A DNA stretch of 64,000 bases, from the IMG/VR virus record IMGVR_UViG_3300018080_000009, positions 1-64,000 of that record. One strand, given 5' to 3'. The translations under genes and the position numbers were made by a program. Source of the stretch: a virus. The first letter of the stretch is position 1. Every line of letters begins with the position of its first letter. The notes under the pieces are model-generated. The model was given only the letters and a program-made list of their open reading frames with translations. It searched no databases and was not told the origin of the DNA. Of this stretch, positions 63,807-64,000 are shown in pieces.

Positions 63807-64000
63807 ATGGAGTTCAAGGAATTTAATGCTTTATTGAAAAGACATTTTCATGAAATGTCGAGTGGAGAGCAGTATCTGTTTGTAACGGATGTGACTCCAG
63901 ACGATATGTGGGATGTTTATATGGAGAGCTTTCCCCCAGGAACGAATGAAGTTTTCAGGGAGAGGAGAGAATTTGATTGTGCCTGTTGCAAGCAATTCAT
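63807..64000 (+). CDS. Partial (3'-truncated) hypothetical phage protein
   Basis: MEFKEFNALLKRHF...MWDVYMESFPPGTNEVFRERREFDCACCKQF, open to the window edge. Confidence 0.7.
   Translation, partial: MEFKEFNALLKRHFHEMSSGEQYLFVTDVTPDDMWDVYMESFPPGTNEVFRERREFDCACCKQF

Noticed and set aside
1-64000. tRNA genes, integrase, stop-codon reassignment
   Set aside because: No cloverleaf or recombinase motifs were found by eye; TAA, TAG and TGA all end well-formed genes.

Overview
All 64 kb is + strand-coded DNA from a tailed myovirus-type phage; no host genes are evident. The order is: small hypothetical genes (1-1179), terminase large subunit, head genes (portal, scaffold, major capsid, neck), then a contractile tail module resembling extracellular contractile injection systems (eCIS). 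A long set of accessory virion genes follows, then repair, lysis and replication genes (mini-PolX, DenV-like glycosylase, MazG-like, HTH initiator, DnaC-like, endolysin, DnaB, primase, SSB, PolA, SF2 helicase, RecA, resolvase), a DT-repeat DUF1566-like protein, QueC and ParB. The standout is a 368-aa intein (2166-3269) in the terminase Walker B motif that has no in-frame endonuclease. Instead, a complete LAGLIDADG homing endonuclease gene (2479-3222) is nested inside it in the +1 frame, with its own sigma70-like promoter and Shine-Dalgarno, and both frames stay open for about 740 nt. Other notable items are an unannotated -1 frameshift tail chaperone, a ~108-nt structured RNA candidate, an attenuator-like leader and iteron-like repeats at the initiator gene, and matching acidic '-RY' tails on DnaB and SSB. 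All calls come from reading motifs by eye; no database searches were run.
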